IMG/VR virus record: IMGVR_UViG_3300030333_005770
Location: 5,087 to 69,086 of that record
From: a virus
DNA: 64,000 nucleotides
Reading direction: 5' to 3' (one strand)
This document shows positions 40,101-45,974 of the stretch, piece by piece (positions within the stretch are counted from its first letter, which is position 1; every line of letters begins with the position of its first letter). The notes under the pieces were generated by a model that saw only the letters and a list, made by a program, of their open reading frames with translations, did not search any database and was not told where the DNA came from. Made by a program: the position numbers and the translations under genes.

Positions 40101-42617
40101 ACCCATTGGAGAATCGTACTCAAGACCGCTTGCTTGTAATAAATGGGCGGCGGCAGCATCGGATCGTTCAAAGCTATTCCAGTCCCTAACCATACCCGCA
40201 CGGGTAACGGTACCGGTCAGACCTGTGTTGGTACCCCTCGGGGTACTGAACTCTATGGCAGAGGTGCTGAGATCCATCTTGTCCGGGTTGCGCATAACCT
40301 GCGCAATCGCACCACCCATACTCATCGGACTAGCGACATCTACGATACCTTCGGCCGCGATAGCGTGCATATCAAGGGGTTCGCCCTCTTCACGCTCCCA
40401 CAGCTGAGCAAGCAATTCACCACTCATACCACCAGCGGCACCAGCGGCCATTTCTCCAGCGGCACCACGGGCTCTTTGCCAGCGGGTAAATCTAGGTACG
40501 GAAGCTTTGGCTTTTCTCCAAGCATCCGCATTGACCAGTTTTCCACCCCGTAACTTGTTGTACTTGGTAAGGTGTCCAACCCGGCCAGCTAGTAAAGCCA
40601 TCAATGCATCTACACCACCGACACCAAGACCACGCTTATAAGCACGCTCTTTAAGACGCTCCATTATGGCGGGCGAATTAAACGCAGCCATAACGATCTG
40701 AGGATCTCCGGTATCAATACCCAGCTCACGGAGTTCCTCCATGATGGCCCCGGCATATTCAATAGTCAAAGAAGACACACCCCAATTAAGGCGAGCGCCG
40801 AAACCAAGCCCAACTTTAAGCCCTGCAAATCCACCCACTCCCATACCCGCCGTGGCAGTGGTACCAAGCACTTCTGGAGCAGTGTACGCATAGGCGGGTA
40901 AAAAAGCGGACAGGGACTCAACGATGAATTCTGGGATCGCTTTGGGGTTGTCAGCCAACAGACCGAAGGCGTATACGATGTCGTCAAACCAGGACTCTCC
41001 CTTGGATGGGTTTGCTTGCTGGGCTTCTTGAAGCCGCTGAAGCGCGGTGGATCCCGGAAGATCTTCTATATCTTGGGCCGCATCCAAAAAGTTCTGAAGC
41101 TCGGATTCTTGGACGTCGTTGAGCAAGATTTCCTTAGTGAGCTTAGACATTTCGGCACTCTTGAAACCACGCTTAAGAGCATTACCAAGACCTTCAAGCA
41201 AACCAACCCGTTCATGGCGGGAGGTGGCTTGCTCATACAGACGGCTCACCAATCCGGCATCACCAGCGGTATATAGAGCTTGATGATAGTGGTCACGGGC
41301 GGCATTCATTGCATCCCGTGCATTGTTCCGTTCGTCCGGATCACCACCGCCAGCCATCCGAATAAAGTCTTGTTGGGCGAGCTGGTAAGCATCCCGGGTG
41401 GCATATACGTTCTTTAAGAACTTGGTAGCACGAAGACGCTCATCACCACCCATGCTTTGGAAAGCTTCCTCGAGAGATTGGCCCTTGTACTCGGTAAGCC
41501 CGGCCTCACGCATCCTGGCAATATCCAAGATATCCTCGTCCTCACGGCTAAGACCGCGGGGATAAATAGCTTCTTTTCGGGGCATCATATACCCCTTGTC
41601 CCGAAGCGCACGAATACGCTCGGCCATGGATCGACTATTTAAGAAGCCTTCAAGATCACCCTTTTGCGCCGCGGACAAACGCTTGGTTTGGCGGGCCATC
41701 GACTTGGTACTGGCTCCACCATAAGTGGATACCCAGCGGGGGTCGATCTTGTTGATGTTTAAAATGTCACCAGTCTTTGGATCGAATCGTGGGGCTTCCC
41801 ATTTATACGAACCAAGCATCTGATCAAGCTCAGTGTCATCAAGTTTTTGACTACCTTTAAGAGCTTTTCGAGAAGCAGCAAGCTCCTCGAGTTCCATCTT
41901 CTGTTCAAAAGGAATGCTGAGCAAACGCTCCTGCATATAGTCCCGCTCACGGGCAAAGTGATCAGCGCGTTCTTGACGGGCTTCGTATTCCCCACGTAAG
42001 CGTTCGTATTTCTCACGTAGGCCATTACGCGCACTAAAAGGATTCCATAGCTCAGATTGCTCACGAGCCATAAGGGTTTCATCAGAGGGTCCGCTTGAGA
42101 ACAGCCCATCCTGGTCAGGAGAACTCGCCAATTTTTGATTAGTGGCGAAATCGTTATCCAACCCTTGGATATAAGAATCTACATCAAAGTCTTTACCGTA
42201 GGTTTCGAACCTACCCATTTCCGTACCAAAAGGTACGAGCTCATTCTCTAAGAAATCTTCATACCGTTTTTTCCAAACACTGGCTTGCGTGTTATGATCT
42301 CTTGCGAAACCGTCTAGTTGGGTAAAGAATTTATCAGCTTCCTCATATTCATCCAGCGCGGAAAAGGACATCGCCGGTTTATGGGCAAACTTCTTATCCC
42401 ACCGACCATCCGGATCGTATGTTTCATGAGATTGAAAAGTCGGGAGCTTATCGTGCTGAGCAATAGGGCCCGTAGACTGTGAAGCCGGACCAGTACCGGG
42501 GTCAAAAGGCTGCCACTGGCGCTGGATCGGTTTACTAAGAAACCGGGTCAGCCCTGCTTTTTCGAACTCATCCTCCTCGTAGTCGTCAAGCAGCCCTATA
42601 TTATCAAATAAGGACAT
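25119..42617 (-). CDS. Giant polyvalent internal-virion/ejection protein (two MPTase-like HExxH domains, SLOG-like, NADAR-like, C-terminal LPD38-like)
   Basis: 5832-aa ORF; FMHESAH...AEEWFA; VIHELIH...ELLAE; YLSNF...SVEQAYQ; NP.F...NF.RD, EN..R, VDFNKGG and N.DF.GR.I in the C-terminus. Confidence 0.85.
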   Translation of the reverse strand: MSLFDNIGLLDDYEEDEFEKAGLTRFLSKPIQRQWQPFDPGTGPASQSTGPIAQHDKLPTFQSHETYDPDGRWDKKFAHKPAMSFSALDEYEEADKFFTQLDGFARDHNTQASVWKKRYEDFLENELVPFGTEMGRFETYGKDFDVDSYIQGLDNDFATNQKLASSPDQDGLFSSGPSDETLMAREQSELWNPFSARNGLREKYERLRGEYEARQERADHFARERDYMQERLLSIPFEQKMELEELAASRKALKGSQKLDDTELDQMLGSYKWEAPRFDPKTGDILNINKIDPRWVSTYGGASTKSMARQTKRLSAAQKGDLEGFLNSRSMAERIRALRDKGYMMPRKEAIYPRGLSREDEDILDIARMREAGLTEYKGQSLEEAFQSMGGDERLRATKFLKNVYATRDAYQLAQQDFIRMAGGGDPDERNNARDAMNAARDHYHQALYTAGDAGLVSRLYEQATSRHERVGLLEGLGNALKRGFKSAEMSKLTKEILLNDVQESELQNFLDAAQDIEDLPGSTALQRLQEAQQANPSKGESWFDDIVYAFGLLADNPKAIPEFIVESLSAFLPAYAYTAPEVLGTTATAGMGVGGFAGLKVGLGFGARLNWGVSSLTIEYAGAIMEELRELGIDTGDPQIVMAAFNSPAIMERLKERAYKRGLGVGGVDALMALLAGRVGHLTKYNKLRGGKLVNADAWRKAKASVPRFTRWQRARGAAGEMAAGAAGGMSGELLAQLWEREEGEPLDMHAIAAEGIVDVASPMSMGGAIAQVMRNPDKMDLSTSAIEFSTPRGTNTGLTGTVTRAGMVRDWNSFERSDAAAAHLLQASGLEYDSPMGQWTQDYMARLQQLNPEKFSNIRWVLSDRTPSPDILQEGSFEYDSETGATLIYLNKEMMAKNPLRAFMHESAHFARQSMFENDEAFINTYYAALPTKEAQLDALTEYVVKTPKAKYSQLDPAGKRQVDAVWNASTELVRAEEWFAYQFARLLVGDSAHQSVAKPLKQFFESHIVPSFAGYMGAEEYAGTPEQQIRIGQAVLNAMGYTNNGSRMGDLETFFKYRSDVNRADNRTDLPTGYEGLTEQEGLNNLKNKIAAMDVLDRERAIWAVNSLMGANILDPQDTMFQTVDQQREEAKRRSDAVLEEGGIFDQATAEVDAAIAADPEYLRQEGSRDDGYGGTVPVKATEDPDIARAEKIVQTVQTKADDAGLIQDAERDRRRDIEQLVDRPKYTASQNENGSVTVTRTGGKGYNLPTPAKTYHKTVEEARAFVTAERAVVDEQDKDTLAAQERMQKLIQDPKELEKAMYLKRKEMVDSIFEEDPNIAQAFPDVIAKIEEHREANPEEYEIPGRFEATVEKYVRAVLDSQISDSEVLASIVDIEKLVDRSKLGPLVATKDLAERDSELTPSPEDIEEAYFQDEQLQTMTAEAIQQRINELTNQMDSVEGAIGVNQRNFEKVKKRPQGSLGRPLEAVPKKKGKGRGKGKARLVKIKSQPAKGVKIFYGQKAFADSIAYLRKSKNKADQQDYKNLLNRFKYWAGVAKNFQYQKDYAGNPEAQFKLTTGKGKDAKFNRQFNVGFRVRKMKKGRPKYQFGVFLTRGDIPLTGTELKKENERRTLLMDVFGEYLENAIKEELGGKDIDSALSKLRKKVDNQPSKITPEKAGQAIAKAPAFHIFKGAGPIPRFIQALIELPDMTPRKLTKLVDKFRRKKAKDEFNTESATTFNTDSWDDLGAVNEEDSKGQAFFAMIQRLASGRYDKKKKTFEPSAESNIYNFWYNTVLDAEKAHPKDPKGVRKYVLDRMSASQGQLEMQARAAKDKRVDSVRTQIKRLRDYLFLISPSNSRIKWADVPALGPYQNHWLKVETPQPLAEADEDGVQQVEKNVISWRRVTLKDLIEGTNEITAYKDSRPGKATKTKPGYINLKDKKYQTSIYRPTAFKQYLKDFDPKKLKKSEFRKDYLSFLTPDEYYMHLVAAEASWSNQGKGKITFSPTRFDADGDPKDLGYATPDEGTTLIQTLAHQILKVSEKRRKRQYDKFKKDGLLDDPEGTHPFVSYNTVQSAVPTPEEEMIASILQGRVGEAFTGAAQDYDGLRSGQRMRILLHQRRRYVESLMTDTRKEGQVKIVDGQEVWGNATAYGRMYGWGDEKGKKTRRVEININELDADSRALAIKLGGLSKEELEKRGKDVLHPWVTKKNVTEGFRFVTGKESTDARVERGGFRLPGGETQKVYSAFSPKQPPKSDEKAWEKWKSKGLPRSPSFQTNASREARFIALDGNKLVLEERVPGGIPLFKLHQRLISRLATGDMTGEMPGSVYSLLDMKKVRIAKEKAKFRGTVSEYLEEMGEEMAQKRFGYRIFGKGDTTYSQSAEPTEASAKIAPSGSFKFAAGMDVTGGKYPTDESGSTPKSQRLDPFREWQYPHRIAEAMLEYWNKEADEMEGSWAGGVGSMYVWWKSHELGNPAQWMRNKDNELMNDAFNDYWASIQESRSEEEKKAWAEKSSGQRKAAKKEARKALEKSLRGKDKKDQKGGIGDYPPALRSALVDRLEAREKERLGDFWTEEDDHIMDALRKHYVQGGYPMIFGDPFTQVHSTDQGKKATIKAFGNTRWRIRQDNPSFAIDEHDKFRDGIDAFLDRESPYIQHKDAFDESNPIKGPNGIVKDGNEGKDHNDFIRAAVDTPTNFVQMYAEMIGYGGVTGAGPQYFSSEWKGWHRDNLEASEVIINSLAREGIPPLTEVKFINEKGVQDSATWRGDRWVNTKNQRKVYRHAEYEASGPDEEVNLENDYYRIQRAWLAKEESRGNYWHNSLVSGLHMTPRRLIEQIMNYGVDMFMMAGNIDRGGKGTPGAPMGGLFPRVIFPLLKKFYLELGLLTEENGQLIPKDEEAWKALKRFDISDPNFDSLLPDVDLADVTDTDANKKVVVDAGAIGVPKNIIVDGEGMSEFLALKLQSYSKSNISGATTKNFTTDKEGNPTPDHPLYGLDKKEVVGRQKEGTTDFVYDNLALAENAQKADIIYVFRTSDSQGEWNKNQKIDQIQELALAQGKIVRQFDVDKFDPRAVAQDMAQLKDFFIKQGKTMDNVWIYSNVKPNKDREADFSNIFEALETGEFTARVKAKKGKKSKKSTGGKTAKKINIKSSTKDEWSYLSNFSGMGLGSDGTPKFFTVPGVTNVNGEFYRFFSVEQAYQVLKNKGVRENKNKLEEAYTKVLRETQGQQDWEGRAAQKAGKGIEPTTKDDYNIKLMEELIKIRVKEDGVFRTVLASTRGKELEHKVKDKVWSKEFPRILEDARKNLTRSRFDDDWMFVPASMVGNQEWLNQNLVKALGPIARAVSNAGRHDYWNEQTDHTILEQEQGEEQNIDEATAEGAEHSTKSTKKDFAGADMGDSGDSDDDGQATGEPPPQEDIKVDAPATADPTEDSPLDEAEASLDKEHKQTYEGMRASFTEQMNRATDAIFRWANNQTERARPLINHILEQEILTAEYFHHVTTHDRHGKSIDNWDDVPYPPSVDELPVDENGRLLPGWRNTFDARITKWFDEVGQVNPDGLKALRATLELLGPQWEKQGEGRMAPFTGEITSVGKGTATITSTEPGSIGTKETLGVKDSPLKLLDDLAKGDIVQMGEPVLSSETLSQYLFRLARAVQEAQRRWEGGGGMPSESERKNKPIQMYGSSMKPTRRGFLKSLALAVAAPKIPSTPPTDIAQRAAFESFKKLLALQATATKVDHAYMDALAGEEDLYHYMMGEGPEDGRLITERAPTGPGVSSYTSRRENWVDVIYGSAGERDLDLPMGPGETGYRLKDEVKVMSRRIKNMNAETLQVYIEDLERNLESLVLGDMNDQAFKELNEEIDRYNDLVMKFSKGATMSNVSAQGSLFEDKPSNKDFLQETTELELFITRRIKKELGLHDLEKKLLKTPWGMFGTAQHKRWVAAQDAIHAAQKKAGFHTREQINERLRKYVITPEIWKEFKRELPKIRNKYNLLKRGTGSGASEDIKKQLILLKRAAAQYKIVQAKENFEGYLKVDALMGAIKDLTIKFKKLKNLSMEDVEFIADFVDLLDKEIAEGQQILLEEQSQTTNEINIKPEVQREEVRIDEVSPDEGTVERPEPTDEGQQNDQLLGSSLAVNDELFVQDARFGDVLRIDMSRQQDGREEANYFILGPREGGTVYDSINTSSSASAALKADLVGVLVRQTTQDQIDRGVENGNPVAERVAEWQRRNPGHQQLLGSSIHMDFDSLEMLANGGIPRNLWGALNQEKDPDGELTLIAELFNEIHGTDKKIDPGAIKTRNLSTKEQRLLRRHWMTETFDSSYFPETFKVFGIDPGRGKSGGEVWAPWQPAAENTAIDMSGFSHFGSGARAKIETLLRESLRTSGPAFYTKVLLAMRKDYANRAKLIRRALRPATLEKLQRNVSRAFPDTGYAKRLSELKKSLNAELAYLPRVGDFIKSLHDLLLNSKSIRSTLVTLRSPKHKKSRSDVSDTFAGLAHTEYDYRNLKGTDYEIAKVADMDVTLVAGRANAKTVIHELIHVLAKAQLAVAVTKSRRDQAQMMEEEVDPFSEEWDKRVMEDMAREDTLNKRMKGYRADEILEQIQYELREAHLKLPEGDKAKIVDYGSTRNSKELLAEGLSNPAFQKYLASIKTPDYIAEAVKDLKTGWKPTNLWQAFVAAVKKLLRLKVENTLLEAVLDLGGIIIDKKNTKTFDKTTKSKKDRVDLTKRNQAIQDLVHGSRPDKKIDARDLAKVKDVYLGSSMLGNRHPVEQAGILSRLSVATDELKSWNEARKEASAMKTGRGFFDQRRLTLDYVDSDLPIKEGFERMLGIAGIDPNSVVADAMNTYDKKHIYFGKGYDSVEQARVNFREPFMEAIRDSGVDIETVGTWFQARNAPTRNIHHEKQYADMLRDLKQDKKKNAKKIKEAEERGVPNSGIDTEAAIEAVKNIENQPAFQAFMNHPNNPIQKFYDMNLEDLANRTTANLVDPTEEKRMIQAASYFDWTGKSKWKPQFPAGVNKNYAYAPMQGFEGETQTLFEREEAWSLLGSPSGSSGRGFDMPRGLLKHGAFGRSNQVGPDPKFAFPAAERAYSEGVILAHKAEVVNSFADMHDAMRRIAFGAEPENPEVRELKEFQGLDLDALHKNEEVRELMKAEYNKIFKTFVRKVPKTEYDWKDEALSVEGSSKRMRVIRKEISQEYKNDPTIVVFRRMGETHYIQFRETMAGMEMAQSLKNLRYEALPELMQIFNVSTRFISTMVTSKNPAFVVPNFARDFMQAFINLGETEETKRFRGEALKPSNIYKWGKAIYEAENTLNIDNKNPFDTREFKGKNPDQVAKDLLAEGDPIKMYMFAKSQGALVGYFRHKPIPELLKDQIKDAREGKIQDVKSTWDNFWAWTDSLNSVAENSVRISTFWASVGAGASVQQSATSSRNVTVDFNKGGNFSMHMNALYMFFRASVNATARSWDMLKKRGFKGAMELAGNIVMTSFAMNMLNRILSDEDEDDTENKYDQISHWKRDKNIVFMVPGFMRDDLDMGSENHWSLPIPLGLPAGLWAIGQTLGDMAAFAQSGGRNGVGLLEGTSRMAGAVFDMGNPFGSGNLQTMVTPTVLKGATEWASNKDFTGRDIVFEDMWGQNTPAHTRDPSRTPEFWTELSRKINEAAGGSENVKGSIRGLLGDNPAHYSEVNDVKWDIAGNHMRHALQSVFGGLFTTLEEGALLTWGAINGKAMTDGYNRIPIVSRFWSGSTYGGQTKRKFRSFREKVRILEKELDSKSDPIAKKMYQKENAKYLKYSAPARKLESMRLRTNEEIRKVKASTTLTNVQITQRVEKLEEKWLLLAARLINEMQKQGINLSV

Positions 42618-42630
42618 GTCGAGCTACAAG

Positions 42631-45600
42631 TTAGCGGTTCTTACGCCTCTGATCCCGCTTCTTCTCCCACTTAGACTTTCTGGCAGTTCCGGCTTTGGTG
42701 TGCTTTTTCGAAGAATATTTCTTAGACTGCCCTGCTGGATTACTGACTGTCTTTTTAGGTTTTGAAGACTTTTTAGGTTTTGACTTACGCGCTGTAGTCC
42801 AAGGGTTTGGCTTGGCCTTAGCTTTAGGTTTCGCCTTGGCTACCTCTTTCATCGTGTTGACGGATTTAAATTGATCCATCATAGCTCGGTTGGGCCCCAT
42901 ATTACGGTGGCTAAGAATCCTTCCATCCTTTACAAACCTTTCGTTACTCTTCATACCACCGGTAAACAGATCAGCGTTTTTATTTACCGAGCTTGGGATA
43001 GGCAGGGCGACTGATGCTGATTTCGTAGAGGGCGGATCTCCAGGACCCCGGGGGGACGGATCGGGCTTCCTGTCTCTAGCGGCTTTTTGCGCGTCGCTCA
43101 GTTCTTTACGGCCTTTGCGGTTCCGGCTACTAGAAGACTTACCCGGCTTCTTAAGAGATTTTTTCCTACCAGCCGTTGACCCGGGATTGCGCGGCGACAT
43201 TCTCCCGGACGGTTTCCTGATATTATCCTTCTTAGGAGTAGTTGACTTCTTACCCTTCTTAGGAGTGGTTGACTTCTTACCCTTAGCCGGACGGGTCCCT
43301 TGTACTCGGGGTTTAGCCCTTCCTAGAGAGCTGTCACGGCCCCCTGGGGTACGGCCTGCGGGGGCCGGTGTGGTTAGATTTGCTTTGGGAGCGGCGGAAG
43401 CGGAAGCAGGGCTAGCGCCGCTAGCACCGCGTCCTGGGACATGGGCCGCTGGAGGTGGAGCTGTCTTAATACCATCTTTCGCTTTCCCAGCCTGTTCTCG
43501 GGCAGCTCCGGATTGAGGCGTTCTTTTTGCCCGGCCCACGGATTCAGGAGTGCCTCCTGTATACTTAGGCTTGGCTTTGCCTCCGGTTTTAGTGGCGGAC
43601 TGAGCCAAAGTCGACAAGGCTTTCTTGTCCTTACCACGGCTGAGGATAGCGCGCGCTAGAGCCGCAGCAGTAAGACCACCTCCGAGTATGGCCGCAGTGC
43701 CGGTACCGTCGGGAGTCCAAGGACGATTACCTTCGGGAGTGTAAGGAGCATTAGGATCGGGAGCGGGCTCTTCTGGAGCGGGAGCAGCTGGAGCTTCCGG
43801 AGGGGTATCCGATACATACTCGGGAGTCCCCCGATTGAGATATTTAAGAGCATCCGCACGGGATTGAAAGCCCATGTCGGGATAATTCTGGTCATCAGAA
43901 CCGATACGTACGGTACCCTCATTCATACGATGCTGACCACCAAATTGATCGGTGTACATACCCTTACCAGAAGCAGAATTAGCTTCCTCAGGTCGAAGAC
44001 CGGAACCAGGACCGTATTGTTGAAGATGGCTATAAATCGCGTCTCCTCCGGCTATAGGTGCGGGGGCAGGCCCTTGATCATATGGATCATCGGGATCTTG
44101 CCCGGCTGGACCAGGAGCTGGTGCTTGTGGACCAGGAGCTGGCGGAGCTGGCGGCGTTGGTGCTTGTGGACCCGGGGCTGGTGGAGCTGGCGCTTGTGGA
44201 CCCGGAGCTGGTGGAGCTGGTGGGGGTGGGGCGGATGAATTGCTATCTAGGCCCGCTTCAGGTTGGCCCCCGGGAGGAGGCGGTCCTTTCTCCCACTCAT
44301 CGATAGGCATCGCTGGAGGAGCGCCGGCGGGACCGGCGGGACCGGGTTGACCGGCGGGACCGGTTTGACCTGCGGGATTTGCAAGGCCGTACTTTGCACG
44401 GACACGATCACGAACATGTTGAGGGATTTCAGCATTACGATTTGGATCCATAAGGAATCCAGAACCTCCCCCATAGGGGTCGGCGTAAGCAGGGTCATCG
44501 CTCTCTCCAGTTAGAACCTGTCGGGCAGTGTCCATACCCCCGGCATTATCAAAGGCTTTACCTGTTTCAATGGTGGTAACGCCCCCGGTACCATCAAGAT
44601 TCCGGTCAATCATACCAGTCCCTTGATTTCGCATACCAGTAGCATCACTAAATTGCTGATTGGTCATTCCTCCGGTGTCGAAAAAGTTATTATCAGCTTG
44701 TCCACCAAGCATGGGTTGGGGCTTACCCGCGGCGGCATCACCACTGTCAAGCCACTGCTGGGTCATGCGTTGTTGGAGAGCGTCCATTCTATCCCTCTCA
44801 TCATTCGCATGGCTTTGCTTGATGTTAAAGTTTCGGATCATTTGCTGCTTCTGACCGGGATTCAAAGCATCCCAAGCACCGGCTTGGCGACCACCCGTGG
44901 TGTCATAAGCTTGCTTGTACTTATCCATACCACCGGTCTTCTCGAGGTGGTCCATTACGGTTTGGGCTTTGAAGTCCGTCATTTCCTGACGACGCGCAGC
45001 ATTTCTCATATACTCCTCTTGGGCCAGATCCTTAGCATTCATGTTGATCCGACGATGCTCCATAGCTTTTTGAGCAGCTGTGGCGGATGGATCGTTAAGA
45101 GTGGCTCTCGTTTGTTCCCGTTGGATCTGATCGGGAGTGGGCCCCCCTGCGGGTGCATTACCTTCCTCCATCTCTCTCCCAATACGGTCCGAGTTTCGTT
45201 GATCCGTAGTCATACCATGACCGGGATTCTGGGGGGCATTTTCCAGCTCCTCATCGTCACCCATAAATTGGCCCGCAACAAAGCCAATACCTCCGAGGGT
45301 GGCGCCACCCTTCAAAGCGGTTTTTCCCCAACCGCCCTTCTTGGCAGCTTGTTCAGTACCCTCGGCAACACTCGAGCCAAGCATATTTGGATTACCCCCC
45401 TTACCAAAAGCTCCTGTCCCGGCCCCAGCCTGTCTGGCGGCGTGCGCCTGCATCTTGGGATTAGATGTGGCCCGGCCGGTGGCTTTAGGCCCAAACCCTT
45501 GATATTTGGCAAATTTACCACCCGCTCCACCTAGAGCTCCCGGAGCACCTTTAAGACCTTTTACACCCAAGGACGCTAACCGGCCAACTGGGATTACGGA

Positions 45601-45945
45601 AGCGGCCGTAACAAGGTCAGTAGCATTCCAGTCACGGTCGTAACCCTCATGCCCTAACAGATCGCCACGGACGGCATCGACACCCATACCACCAATCGAT
45701 CCAATAGTACCGGCGGTCCAATCCCCGGCGGTCTTTAGACCTTTAGTAAACCAAGTGTCGTCTTTGGTATGACCAAACCAGTCATCGCGCCATTTGTTAA
45801 TAGCGTCCTCGGACTTAGTAGTACGATCTTTTTGGAACCAGCCCCCCACGGTTTCAAGGGCGCCTTTCTTTTCTTCCGGTTTCTTCTTAGAGACTCCAGG
45901 AGCTCGGTACTTAATCTTATTTGGGTCGTATCCTCCGTAATTCAT
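42631..45945 (-). CDS. Low-complexity Gly/Pro-rich protein with very basic C-terminus (probable ejection/core protein)
   Basis: 1104 aa; PAPGPQA tandem repeats at about 44110-44230; KKGKKSTTP repeats. Confidence 0.65.
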   Translation of the reverse strand: MNYGGYDPNKIKYRAPGVSKKKPEEKKGALETVGGWFQKDRTTKSEDAINKWRDDWFGHTKDDTWFTKGLKTAGDWTAGTIGSIGGMGVDAVRGDLLGHEGYDRDWNATDLVTAASVIPVGRLASLGVKGLKGAPGALGGAGGKFAKYQGFGPKATGRATSNPKMQAHAARQAGAGTGAFGKGGNPNMLGSSVAEGTEQAAKKGGWGKTALKGGATLGGIGFVAGQFMGDDEELENAPQNPGHGMTTDQRNSDRIGREMEEGNAPAGGPTPDQIQREQTRATLNDPSATAAQKAMEHRRINMNAKDLAQEEYMRNAARRQEMTDFKAQTVMDHLEKTGGMDKYKQAYDTTGGRQAGAWDALNPGQKQQMIRNFNIKQSHANDERDRMDALQQRMTQQWLDSGDAAAGKPQPMLGGQADNNFFDTGGMTNQQFSDATGMRNQGTGMIDRNLDGTGGVTTIETGKAFDNAGGMDTARQVLTGESDDPAYADPYGGGSGFLMDPNRNAEIPQHVRDRVRAKYGLANPAGQTGPAGQPGPAGPAGAPPAMPIDEWEKGPPPPGGQPEAGLDSNSSAPPPPAPPAPGPQAPAPPAPGPQAPTPPAPPAPGPQAPAPGPAGQDPDDPYDQGPAPAPIAGGDAIYSHLQQYGPGSGLRPEEANSASGKGMYTDQFGGQHRMNEGTVRIGSDDQNYPDMGFQSRADALKYLNRGTPEYVSDTPPEAPAAPAPEEPAPDPNAPYTPEGNRPWTPDGTGTAAILGGGLTAAALARAILSRGKDKKALSTLAQSATKTGGKAKPKYTGGTPESVGRAKRTPQSGAAREQAGKAKDGIKTAPPPAAHVPGRGASGASPASASAAPKANLTTPAPAGRTPGGRDSSLGRAKPRVQGTRPAKGKKSTTPKKGKKSTTPKKDNIRKPSGRMSPRNPGSTAGRKKSLKKPGKSSSSRNRKGRKELSDAQKAARDRKPDPSPRGPGDPPSTKSASVALPIPSSVNKNADLFTGGMKSNERFVKDGRILSHRNMGPNRAMMDQFKSVNTMKEVAKAKPKAKAKPNPWTTARKSKPKKSSKPKKTVSNPAGQSKKYSSKKHTKAGTARKSKWEKKRDQRRKNR

Positions 45946-45974
45946 AACACAAAATTATACTAGATTTTATGCGG

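Noticed and set aside
44110-44230. Tandem GC-rich repeats as a CRISPR array or mobile repeat
   Set aside because: They encode in-frame PAPGPQA repeats and have no unique spacers. The same holds for the collagen tracts and the repeat at 15670-15720.
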